A DNA stretch of 64,000 bases, from the NCBI GenBank assembly GCA_964345365.1, contig CAYFQR010000002.1, positions 33 through 64,032 on the forward strand. Direction: 5' to 3'. Source of the stretch: an uncultured Oscillospiraceae bacterium (lineage in GTDB: Bacteria; Bacillota; Clostridia; Peptostreptococcales; Anaerovoracaceae). Within the stretch, counting starts at the first letter, position 1; each line of letters starts with the position of its first letter. Of the stretch, positions 56,715 through 64,000 are shown in pieces. Under the pieces are notes generated by a model. It did not search any database. It was not told the origin of the DNA and worked only from the letters and a program-made list of their open reading frames with translations. A program made the position numbers and the translations under genes.

Positions 56715-56783
56715 CGCTATGCTTTTAATTTCGCAGCGTGGATATCATGCTATCATAGCCTGCTATGCTTTTGATTTCGCAGC
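56715..56783. repeat. Two copies of a 23-nt direct repeat (21/23 identical, 46-bp period) in the intergenic gap between the IMP cyclohydrolase gene and purH
   Basis: cgctatgcttttaatttcgcagc (56715-56737) and tgctatgcttttgatttcgcagc (56761-56783). Extra GCTAT/ATAGC palindromic pieces lie between them. Confidence 0.8.
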
Positions 56784-56800
56784 AGTCATATCAGGTTATA

Positions 56801-57523
56801 TTATTGTGTATTCCTGTTAAACGTTATTTTCTCACTCTCAAGTGTTTCTATGTCTACATATCTGACATGAAGCGAAATCCTGTTTTCGCCATTAAGGTTC
56901 TCCCATATTTCCTTGAAAAGCTCCTCTTTGGTGTCGGGGATGATTACCCTCTTGGGCTCCCCGACAAAAGACGGCAGAGGATTGCCGTCACCCATGTATG
57001 TATGTATGAAATGACCAAGTCCCGCCATAGAACCGTATGAGAAGGTATATCTCGCACAAGATGAACCCTGAGCATCCATGCTTTTTAATACACTCATTTC
57101 ATAGGAAAAATCATGATGCTCAAAATTAACTATTCCCGATATCCTCGGTGTGAGGTTCGGCGCATCAGGCTCGAAACACCTTGTTTCAAGGGCTTTTTTG
57201 AATTCAACTCCCCTCTTAAGACCCTCAAACACGGTATCCGTCTGGTCGCCGTTTGTCACAATAATTATATTATTGTAAACTTTAATCGGCGAGTAAATAA
57301 TGAGGCTCGGGTCCTCGACTTTAGCTTCATCAAACGGATAAATAACGAGATTTTCACCGTCTTCAACAAACACCCTGTTTCTCGAATTCACCGACCTTCC
57401 CATTATAAAATAAGCGATTACGGCTTTTTTACCGTCTGCGGACTTTCCGATAATGATGCCTCTTCCCTGATAGCTGCTTTCTTTAAGCAGAGTTCCGATT
57501 CCGCTCTTTTCAAAATAATCCAT
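56801..57523 (-). CDS. IMP cyclohydrolase, archaeal PurO-like family
   Basis: Has YQGRGIIIGKSADGKKAVIAYFIMGRSVNSRNR...IVTNGDQTD, typical of the stand-alone IMP cyclohydrolase family. The start is set at ATG 57521-57523 (GAGGTGG RBS). Confidence 0.75.
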   Translation of the reverse strand: MDYFEKSGIGTLLKESSYQGRGIIIGKSADGKKAVIAYFIMGRSVNSRNRVFVEDGENLVIYPFDEAKVEDPSLIIYSPIKVYNNIIIVTNGDQTDTVFEGLKRGVEFKKALETRCFEPDAPNLTPRISGIVNFEHHDFSYEMSVLKSMDAQGSSCARYTFSYGSMAGLGHFIHTYMGDGNPLPSFVGEPKRVIIPDTKEELFKEIWENLNGENRISLHVRYVDIETLESEKITFNRNTQ

Positions 57524-57533
57524 GACTGCCACC

Positions 57534-58151
57534 TCACTGTTTAGACATGCTCTTAAGATATTGCCTGCACACATATTCCGTTGCCTGAGGGAGTATTATC
57601 CACTCCGCTTCCCTCATAACCCTCTGCTGAAGGCTCAGAGCATTATCATCAGGCTCCACATCTACCGCTTTCTGAAGAATTATCTCACCCCCGTCAGGTA
57701 TCTCGTTCACGTAGTGTACCGTCGCCCCCGTAACCTTAACGCCGTGTTTAAGCGCCGCCTCATGCACATGTATACCGTAATATCCTTTACCGCAGAATGC
57801 AGGGATAAGAGAAGGATGTATGTTGATAATCCGTCTCGGATATGAGTCTATAAAGTCAGGGCTTAATATGGCCATATATCCTGCCAAAACAATTATATCA
57901 ATTTCATATTTCTGTAAAACACCCTTAATCGCTTCTTCAAACTCGGCATGGCTTTCGTAATCCCTTTTTTTAATAACAGCATAAGGGATACCGCTTGCCT
58001 CGGCTCTCCTGATTCCGTAAGCCTCGTCATTATTTGAAACCACGAGAGCAATCTCCCCGGTTTCAAGTATTCCCTTCTTTTCAGAATCTATAAGTGCTTG
58101 GAGATTCGTTCCGTTTCCCGATATGAATACGGCAATCCTGACCTTTAGCAT
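57534..58151 (-). CDS. purN: Phosphoribosylglycinamide formyltransferase
   Basis: 205 aa. [14 protein letters not shown], and NIHPSL. Confidence 0.92.
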   Translation of the reverse strand: MLKVRIAVFISGNGTNLQALIDSEKKGILETGEIALVVSNNDEAYGIRRAEASGIPYAVIKKRDYESHAEFEEAIKGVLQKYEIDIIVLAGYMAILSPDFIDSYPRRIINIHPSLIPAFCGKGYYGIHVHEAALKHGVKVTGATVHYVNEIPDGGEIILQKAVDVEPDDNALSLQQRVMREAEWIILPQATEYVCRQYLKSMSKQ

Positions 58152-59194
58152 AATTCCACCTTTTCATCATCACGTGCCTTAACTGTTTCCCCAAGTATAT
58201 AAGCCTCGATTCCTTGATTATTTAATATATCAAGAGCTTTCTCACAATCATCCCTTGATACTACGGCAACCATGCCTACCCCCATATTGAAGGTGTTATA
58301 CATATCCCTTTCAGGTATGCTTCCTGTAGCCATTATATGGTCGAATATCGGCAGCACTCTCACATCTTCTTTTTTGATTTTAGCCATATATCCGTCAGGG
58401 ATTGAACGAGGGATATTCTCATAGAAGCCGCCGCCCGTTATGTGAGAAACCGCCTTAACCGTAAGAGACTCTATAAGCTTTAGCATAGGTTTGACATAGA
58501 TGACAGTCGGTGTAAGCAATGTCTCACCGAGCGACTTTCCGCCAAGCTCCGCTACCGGCTTACTTAAATCGCGGTTTTCGATATCAAAGACCTTTCGTAC
58601 AAGCGAGAAGCCGTTTGAATGAACTCCCGACGAAGGGAGCGCTATAATCACATCGCCCTCCTTTATCTCGGAATTATTTAATAACTTGCTCTTATCAACC
58701 GCACCTACCGAAAAACCGGCTAAGTCATATTCGTCTACAGGATAAAAGCCCGGCATCTCGGCGGTCTCACCGCCGATAAGCTCACATCCCGATTGAACGC
58801 AGCCCTCCGCAACACCGGAAACTATCTCTGCAATCTTTTCAGGATAATTCTTGCCGCATGCGATATAGTCAAGGAAAAACAGAGGCTTGGCGCCGCAGCA
58901 TATTATATCGTTAACGCACATTGCCACACAGTCGATTCCGACCGTGTCATGCTTATCCATGAGAAATGCGAGTTTCAGTTTCGTCCCTACACCGTCCGTT
59001 CCGGAAACGAGAACAGGTCTTGTCATGCCGGTCATATCAAGCTCAAACAAGCCGCCGAATCCTCCTATGTCCGCGCTGCGCCCGCCGAGCATAGTCCTCG
59101 CAATATGCTTCTTCATAAGCTCCACCGCCTCATAGCCTGCGGTTATATCCACACCCGATAATGCATAGCTTTCAGATTGAGATTTTTTGTTCAT
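58145..59194 (-). CDS. purM: Phosphoribosylformylglycinamidine cyclo-ligase
   Basis: YALSGVDI, and DGVGTKL. The start is set at ATG 59192-59194, 2 nt after the purF stop. Confidence 0.92.
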   Translation of the reverse strand: MNKKSQSESYALSGVDITAGYEAVELMKKHIARTMLGGRSADIGGFGGLFELDMTGMTRPVLVSGTDGVGTKLKLAFLMDKHDTVGIDCVAMCVNDIICCGAKPLFFLDYIACGKNYPEKIAEIVSGVAEGCVQSGCELIGGETAEMPGFYPVDEYDLAGFSVGAVDKSKLLNNSEIKEGDVIIALPSSGVHSNGFSLVRKVFDIENRDLSKPVAELGGKSLGETLLTPTVIYVKPMLKLIESLTVKAVSHITGGGFYENIPRSIPDGYMAKIKKEDVRVLPIFDHIMATGSIPERDMYNTFNMGVGMVAVVSRDDCEKALDILNNQGIEAYILGETVKARDDEKVELC

Positions 59195-59196
59195 TT

Positions 59197-60621
59197 CTAT
59201 TCCTTTCCGCTCCAGCAATATGTGCACAGCTTGCACTTGTCAATACCGATGGCTTCTGTTACACCCTCAAGCGTCTGAAATTCAATCGAGTCGAAATTAA
59301 AACGCTCACAGATTGCCTTTCTCAGATTCTTGCCGCGCTCCGTCTTTGAATCGGAGTATTCGTCTATGTGCCCAAGCCCCTCCTCGCCCTCAAGTTCGAT
59401 TATTATTCTCCTCGACAGAAGCTCCGTCTCGTTTTTTGAGGCTGAAAAATTGAGAAACTTACATACGTACATTATAGGCGGGCAGGCAGAACGCATGTGT
59501 ACCTCATCGGCGCCGTTCATATACAAAAAATCAACGGTTTCTTTCAACTGAGTTCCGCGGACTATCGAATCATCCACAAACATAAGTTTTTTGCCTTTTA
59601 TGAGCTCCGGAACAGGTATCAACTTCATTCTCGCAATCTTGTTCCTCTCGCTCTGATTTGCCGGCATGAAGCTTCTCGGCCATGTAGGAGTATATTTGAT
59701 GAACGGCCTTGAAAACTTGATTCCGGTCTCATTCGAGTAACCGATTGCATGAGGTGTCCCCGAATCCGGAACCCCGCAAACATTATCAAGTCTTGGAGCT
59801 AAACCGCTCTCTATGTCATAACGTGCCATGATTTCGCCGTTCCTGTAGCGCATCTGCTCGACATTGATTCCTTCATAATTGGAATTCGGATAACCGTAAT
59901 AAGACCAGAGAAATGCGCATATTCTCATTTCATCCCCCGGTTCTTTCAGTACCTTCAGTTCATCCGCACTTATCTCGACGATTTCTCCGGGGCCTAAGTC
60001 TCTCACATCCTCATATCCCAACTTTGTATATGCAAAAGATTCCAGCGAAACACAATACCCGCACTGACTTCTTCCTATTGAAACCGGCAATCTGCCCAGT
60101 TTGTCTCTTGAAGCGATCAGTCTGCCGTCGTCGAGCATTATTAAAATCGACATCGTGCCGTCAACAAGCTCCTGAACGTACTCGATTCCTTCGACAATTT
60201 TTTCTTTGCGGTTGATTATTGCCGCTACAAGCTCCGTAGTATTCACCTTACCGCCTGTCATCGCACTGAAGTGACCCGAGTTACCCGAAAGATATTCGTC
60301 AATAAGATTTTTTTCATTCCTGATAAGTCCGACAGTGCATATGGCATAAGTCCCGAACCTCGACCTTATTAAAAGAGGCTGAGGGTCTGAATCGCTTATG
60401 CAGCCGATAACCGAGGTGCCGCGCATCTCATTAAAAATATTCTCAAACTTCGTTCTGAAAGGAGAGTTCTCAATATTATGAATCTCCCTCTGAAGCCCTA
60501 TTTCAGGGTCATAAGCCGCCAAGCCTCCCCTTCTCGTTCCAAGATGCGAATGATAGTCCACCCCGAAAAACACATCGGAAAGAGCATCATACTTGGATAC
60601 TACTCCGAAAAATCCACCCAT
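59197..60621 (-). CDS. purF: Amidophosphoribosyltransferase homologue lacking the N-terminal nucleophile Cys
   Basis: The PRTase half is canonical ([17 protein letters not shown]). The N-terminus reads M-G-G-F-F-G-V instead of (M)CG(I/V)xG. ATG at 60619-60621 follows AAAGGAAAAG. Confidence 0.8.
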   Translation of the reverse strand: MGGFFGVVSKYDALSDVFFGVDYHSHLGTRRGGLAAYDPEIGLQREIHNIENSPFRTKFENIFNEMRGTSVIGCISDSDPQPLLIRSRFGTYAICTVGLIRNEKNLIDEYLSGNSGHFSAMTGGKVNTTELVAAIINRKEKIVEGIEYVQELVDGTMSILIMLDDGRLIASRDKLGRLPVSIGRSQCGYCVSLESFAYTKLGYEDVRDLGPGEIVEISADELKVLKEPGDEMRICAFLWSYYGYPNSNYEGINVEQMRYRNGEIMARYDIESGLAPRLDNVCGVPDSGTPHAIGYSNETGIKFSRPFIKYTPTWPRSFMPANQSERNKIARMKLIPVPELIKGKKLMFVDDSIVRGTQLKETVDFLYMNGADEVHMRSACPPIMYVCKFLNFSASKNETELLSRRIIIELEGEEGLGHIDEYSDSKTERGKNLRKAICERFNFDSIEFQTLEGVTEAIGIDKCKLCTYCWSGKE

Positions 60622-60781
60622 CAAGCTTTTCCTTTCTGCTATAATATATTTCAGTCATCTGTTATTTTGCCGAACTTGTAAAATCAAGACAATCACACGG
60701 CGATATAATTCCATATAACAGCAGCGTTTGCAGCTGTTACACCTTACATTCGACAAGGAGCTATCCGCCTTATTACTTAAG

Positions 60782-61468
60782 CTACTTAAAAAACAGCTCA
60801 GACAATGTCATAGGCTCTATATAGCTTCCGTCCTTGTATACCCTCATATTTCCGGATGCTATTTCATCTATGAGCATTACCCTGCCGTCCTTATCATATC
60901 CGAATTCAAATTTAATATCATACAGAACCAGGCCTTTTTCAGCGAGGTCATCCGCTACAATCTTCGTAATCTTTTGTGTCATCAGCTTGATGTCCTCATA
61001 CTGCTCATCAGATAAAACACCTAAAGCAATGAGCGCGTCTTTGGTTACGAGAGGGTCACCCTTCTCATCGTTCTTAAAAGTGGTTTCCACATATGAAGGA
61101 AGCACCGCTCCCTCCTCGATATATTCGCCGTATCTTCTGATAAAGCTTCCGACGGCTCTGTTTCTGCAAATAACCTCAAGACCGTGACCGAACGGTTTGG
61201 CAGGAAGAACTTCCATGGTCGTGCTGTTTAAGTCTGCCGATACGAAATGAGTCAATATGCCCGCGGCATTTACCTTTTCGAAGAAATATACCGACATGCG
61301 AAGATTCACATCGCCCACACCCTCTATTGTAAGACCTACCGTGTTTTCACCCGGGTCGAACACGCCGTCCTTTCCTGTGCAGTCATCCTTAAATTTAAGA
61401 AGATAATTGCCGTTTTCAAGTTCAAAAACATCTTTAGTTTTACCCGTATAAACCAATTTTATAGCCAT
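60782..61468 (-). CDS. purC: Phosphoribosylaminoimidazole-succinocarboxamide synthase
   Basis: [11 protein letters not shown] and SAICAR synthase core motifs. ATG at 61466-61468 follows AGGAGG. Confidence 0.92.
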   Translation of the reverse strand: MAIKLVYTGKTKDVFELENGNYLLKFKDDCTGKDGVFDPGENTVGLTIEGVGDVNLRMSVYFFEKVNAAGILTHFVSADLNSTTMEVLPAKPFGHGLEVICRNRAVGSFIRRYGEYIEEGAVLPSYVETTFKNDEKGDPLVTKDALIALGVLSDEQYEDIKLMTQKITKIVADDLAEKGLVLYDIKFEFGYDKDGRVMLIDEIASGNMRVYKDGSYIEPMTLSELFFK

Positions 61469-61511
61469 ATTTTGCTCCTCCTGATATATAAACATTTGAT
61501 AGATTTCAGTT

Positions 61512-62006
61512 TTATTTATTAAACTCTATCTCAACTTCAGCATTCTTTTTAAGTACCGCTTCACTGTCCTTTTTTCTCTTAGCCTTGAGTTTTTCGGCAA
61601 GCTCCGCATCGGATATTGCGAGCATCTCCGCCGCCAAAATCGCGGCGTTCGCCGCGCCGTCTATCGCAACAGTTGCAACCGGTATTCCTGTCGGCATCTG
61701 CACCGTGGCTAATAATGCGTCGAGTCCGTCCAAATTAGCTGACTTCACCGGTACACCGATTACCGGAAGAACGGTATTTGCCGCCACGGCTCCCGCCAAG
61801 TGAGCCGCCATACCCGCAAGACAAATTATGACGCCGAAACCGTTTTTTTCGGCACCTTGTGAAAACCTGCCCGCTTCCCCGGGCGTCCTGTGAGCGGAGT
61901 AAACATGAACCTCGTATCCGACACCGAGCTCATCAAGAATTGCGCACGCCTTTTTTGCTACTTCAAGGTCGCTGTAAGACCCCATAACTATACCGATTTT
62001 TTTCAT
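61512..62006 (-). CDS. purE: N5-carboxyaminoimidazole ribonucleotide mutase (class-I-like PurE)
   Basis: 164 aa. [14 protein letters not shown] and AGMAAHLAG motifs (class-I pattern). Confidence 0.88.
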   Translation of the reverse strand: MKKIGIVMGSYSDLEVAKKACAILDELGVGYEVHVYSAHRTPGEAGRFSQGAEKNGFGVIICLAGMAAHLAGAVAANTVLPVIGVPVKSANLDGLDALLATVQMPTGIPVATVAIDGAANAAILAAEMLAISDAELAEKLKAKRKKDSEAVLKKNAEVEIEFNK

Positions 62007-62067
62007 TTTATCCTCCGAAAAAATATATAAAAACGTCTAAAAAATATTCCGCCATTTTACATCTTTA

Positions 62068-62095
62068 ATGATAACAAAACTGTAGAAAATTACAA
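62068..62095 (-). promoter_or_regulatory. Candidate sigma-A promoter of the pur operon
   Basis: On the minus strand: TTGTAA (plus 62090-62095), a 16-nt spacer, then TATCAT (plus 62068-62073). It lies directly downstream of the lipid-kinase terminator. Confidence 0.35.
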
Positions 62096-62097
62096 TT

Positions 62098-62137
62098 AAA
62101 AACAGCCAAAAACCTGTGATATATTGGCTGTTTTTTT
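62098..62137 (-). terminator. Rho-independent terminator after the lipid kinase gene (bidirectional shape)
   Basis: AAACAGCCAA-N14-TTGGCTGTTT stem flanked by A5 and T7 runs. Confidence 0.7.
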
Positions 62138-62232
62138 ATCAATGTTCAATATAACTCGAACATTTATATTATGCTGTGCTGATTTATACGGATTATGCCG
62201 CCTTAATAACACAAATTTCAATAATAATTCAC

Positions 62233-63126
62233 CTACCTTTTCGGAACAATCAGCTGCGCCGCATGCATCTTGTTCTCAATGAAAATCTCCGAACTTCCCT
62301 TCTGATATTCACCGTCAAGCGACCAGTCCACATCTTCATCTATTTGAATATTAAACTTGGAACCCTCGACAAAAATAAACATATCGCTTTGTTCATACTG
62401 TTGGAGCGTTATGGCATTTACTATTTCGCCGAGTTCCATTAAATCATGCGGAACTTTAACAAGAAGCATCTCGAACTTGCCGTCGGACATATCAACGTCA
62501 TCCGGCTTAATCCTCAAAACGCCTCCCATGGAAGTAGAATTGGAGACGGCACCGAACAAATACTTATCCTCATATATTGCGCCCTCACTCTCAACCCTTA
62601 CCTTGATGGGTCTGATATCCGTAATTGATGTCATCCCGCTTAAAATATATGCTAAATGTCCGAGCACATTCTTAAACGGCTGCGGCGTTTCGTAAGTTAC
62701 GTTCGTGAACGCCCCGAAGCTTGCAACATATGTGAACACCCTGTCATTAAACAGCCCTATATCTACCGCCCTCGTCACGCCTGTGCAAACTACCTCTGCG
62801 GCGTCTTCAATCACCTTCGGAATGCCCATAGAAGTGGCGAAATCATTGGTAGAGCCCGTAGGTATATAGCCTATTCGTGCCTTGCTTCCCGCCTTTATCA
62901 TGCCGGAAACCACTTCATTATAAGTGCCATCTCCGCCCATAGCGACAACCAAATCATATTCCCCGGAAAACTTCTCCGCATACCTTACGGCATCCCCCTG
63001 CTTTAATGTGGATAGGCATGTGCTGATATAACCGTGTTTACTGAAAATTTCAATAACCGTGGATAGATTTTTTGCGGCCTTACGCGTACCCGAATTGGGA
63101 TTGTAAATCAAAAGTAATGTTTTCAT
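62233..63126 (-). CDS. Diacylglycerol kinase-family lipid kinase (YegS/DagK type)
   Basis: LLIYNPNSG, and MGGDGTYNEV. The start is set at ATG 63124-63126 (GAGGA RBS). The longer ORF has no support. Confidence 0.85.
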   Translation of the reverse strand: MKTLLLIYNPNSGTRKAAKNLSTVIEIFSKHGYISTCLSTLKQGDAVRYAEKFSGEYDLVVAMGGDGTYNEVVSGMIKAGSKARIGYIPTGSTNDFATSMGIPKVIEDAAEVVCTGVTRAVDIGLFNDRVFTYVASFGAFTNVTYETPQPFKNVLGHLAYILSGMTSITDIRPIKVRVESEGAIYEDKYLFGAVSNSTSMGGVLRIKPDDVDMSDGKFEMLLVKVPHDLMELGEIVNAITLQQYEQSDMFIFVEGSKFNIQIDEDVDWSLDGEYQKGSSEIFIENKMHAAQLIVPKR

Positions 63127-63203
63127 AAATTTCCTCTTAAAATATGCCTTCCTAACCCGAACAAAAAAACCGCATCGGTTATTTATGCACTCATTATTGT
63201 TAT

Positions 63204-63232
63204 ATTGTATCAAAGAATCATATTATTGGCAA
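63204..63232 (-). promoter_or_regulatory. Candidate promoter for the lipid kinase gene
   Basis: On the minus strand: TTGCCA (plus 63227-63232), a 17-nt spacer, then TGaTACAAT, an extended -10 (plus 63204-63212). It abuts the rplS terminator. Confidence 0.45.
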
Positions 63233-63257
63233 CAAAAAACCCCTGCCGAAGCAGAGG
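63233..63257 (-). terminator. Rho-independent terminator after rplS
   Basis: Minus-strand CCUCUGC-uucg-GCAGGGG hairpin followed by UUUUUUG. It lies 39 nt after the rplS stop. Confidence 0.75.
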
Positions 63258-63295
63258 TTCGGTTTGGTTTTTAATTTTGTCTTCGCTTTATCGGA

Positions 63296-63640
63296 TTATC
63301 TGTCCTTTGCCTTGATTCTGGCAGACTTGCCGGTTCTCTTGCGCATGTAGTTGAGCTTAGCTCTTCTGACACGACCCTCTCTTACAACCTCAATCCTGTC
63401 AATCTTAGGCGAATGAAGCGGGAATGTCTTCTCGACTCCTATGCCGCCGGAGAGTTTTCTTACCGTGAAAGTTTCGGATATTCCTCCGTTCTGTCTCTTA
63501 AGAACAAAACCTTCGAAAATCTGAATTCTCTCTCTGTTACCTTCTTTTATCTTGATGTGCACGCGAACCGTATCGCCCACACCAAAAGCAGGGATATCAT
63601 TTTTTTCGTATTCCTGAGTTATTGATTTAATTAAATCCAT
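63296..63640 (-). CDS. rplS: 50S ribosomal protein L19
   Basis: 114 aa. [29 protein letters not shown] is the L19 signature. Confidence 0.95.
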   Translation of the reverse strand: MDLIKSITQEYEKNDIPAFGVGDTVRVHIKIKEGNRERIQIFEGFVLKRQNGGISETFTVRKLSGGIGVEKTFPLHSPKIDRIEVVREGRVRRAKLNYMRKRTGKSARIKAKDR

Positions 63641-63740
63641 TTATTTTTCCTCCTTCCCTCCAAGGCGTTCATGGTATACACGGCTATTAACAATCCGTGT
63701 AAAAAAGGTCTCCAGAGGACCGCCCGTACTCAACTTTGAT

Positions 63741-63780
63741 ATTATAACAAAAAAAAAGTGCTTTGACAAGCACTTTTTTA
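63741..63780 (-). promoter_or_regulatory. rplS promoter overlapping the terminator hairpin of the upstream recombinase gene
   Basis: On the minus strand: TTGTCA (plus 63764-63769), a 17-nt spacer, then TATAAT (plus 63741-63746). The -35 box sits in the loop and 3' arm of the AGTGCTT-tgac-AAGCACT hairpin (63757-63774), which is flanked by A and T runs. Confidence 0.6.
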
Positions 63781-63812
63781 TTATAATCTAAGCTCTATTG
63801 TTTTTTCCGTTA

Positions 63813-64000
63813 TTAAGCTCTCGGATGAGTCTTATCATATACATCCTTTATCCTGTTTTTAGTTACGGCCAAATATGCCTGGGTTGCCGCAATGTCCTCA
63901 TGACCCATGAGTTCCTGAAGTGACTTGAGGTCAGCACCGTTTTGAAGCATGTGGACAGCGAAGCTGTTTCTGATAATCTGAGGAGTAAGACTGACGTCGA
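63813..64000 (-). CDS. Tyrosine recombinase, XerC/XerD-like (C-terminal fragment; N-terminus outside the window)
   Basis: Reverse translation gives ...[61 protein letters not shown]. This carries the R..H..LLGH...Y catalytic C-terminal pattern. Confidence 0.75.
   Translation of the reverse strand, partial: DVSLTPQIIRNSFAVHMLQNGADLKSLQELMGHEDIAATQAYLAVTKNRIKDVYDKTHPRA

Noticed and set aside
56715-56783. Possible CRISPR or mini-array because of repeated 23-mers.
   Set aside because: There are only two copies, the spacer carries fragments of the same motif, there are no cas genes, and the locus sits inside an operon. I report it as a simple direct repeat instead.
62007-62232. Expected guanine/purine riboswitch upstream of purE.
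   Set aside because: I recognised no aptamer core (UAUAAU...GUUUCUACC...CCGUAAAU pattern) on the coding strand. The hairpin at 62098-62137 is better explained as the terminator of the upstream lipid kinase gene.
63813-64000. Tyrosine recombinase fragment as the edge of an integrative mobile element.
   Set aside because: Only ~62 C-terminal codons are visible, and they look like a housekeeping XerC/XerD type. A terminator and core ribosomal genes follow, and I saw no att-like repeats. There is not enough evidence for a mobile element.

Overview
This is a gene-dense stretch of a low-GC Firmicutes (Clostridia-like) chromosome, and almost all genes are on the minus strand. I saw no rRNA, tRNA, CRISPR, transposase or prophage signatures.

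Gene order, reading the minus strand from high to low coordinates:
- a xerC/D-like gene (partial), rplS and a DagK-type lipid kinase;
- a purine operon: purE-purC-purF-purM-purN, a PurO-type IMP cyclohydrolase, an AICARFT-only purH, purD and a large fused purL;
- a pyrimidine operon behind a PyrR-type attenuator: pyrC-pyrK-pyrD-pyrF-pyrE-pyrB-pyrI;
- rbgA, rnhB, a small GNAT gene, and serA (plus strand);
- mntP-valS-folC, a ThrE-type exporter and a second GNAT gene;
- a hemolysin-III gene and a DapA-family gene (both plus strand), then glyA;
- plsX-rnc-smc-ftsY-der-plsY-gpsA-miaB-cls;
- an unusual five-gene cassette, an M50 protease, and a GntR regulator (plus strand);
- nth, asd, uppP, ftsK, rimO, pgsA, cinA, two HAD phosphatases, recA, rplU and rpmA (partial).

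The most interesting locus is 13779-19002. It is a translationally coupled cassette of two diverged MurT-like Mur ligases. Each is followed by a GatD-like amidotransferase homologue that has lost the catalytic Cys and His. A stand-alone ATP-grasp ligase sits between the two pairs. I propose it is an uncharacterised amide-bond-forming system, acting on the cell-envelope stem peptide or building a cyanophycin-like product. This is inference only.

Secondary oddities:
- a PurF homologue without the N-terminal nucleophile Cys;
- the PurH function split into two genes;
- L21 with a roughly 68-aa C-terminal extension;
- no Prp gene between rplU and rpmA;
- a six-Cys insertion in ValS;
- compact terminator/promoter junctions.
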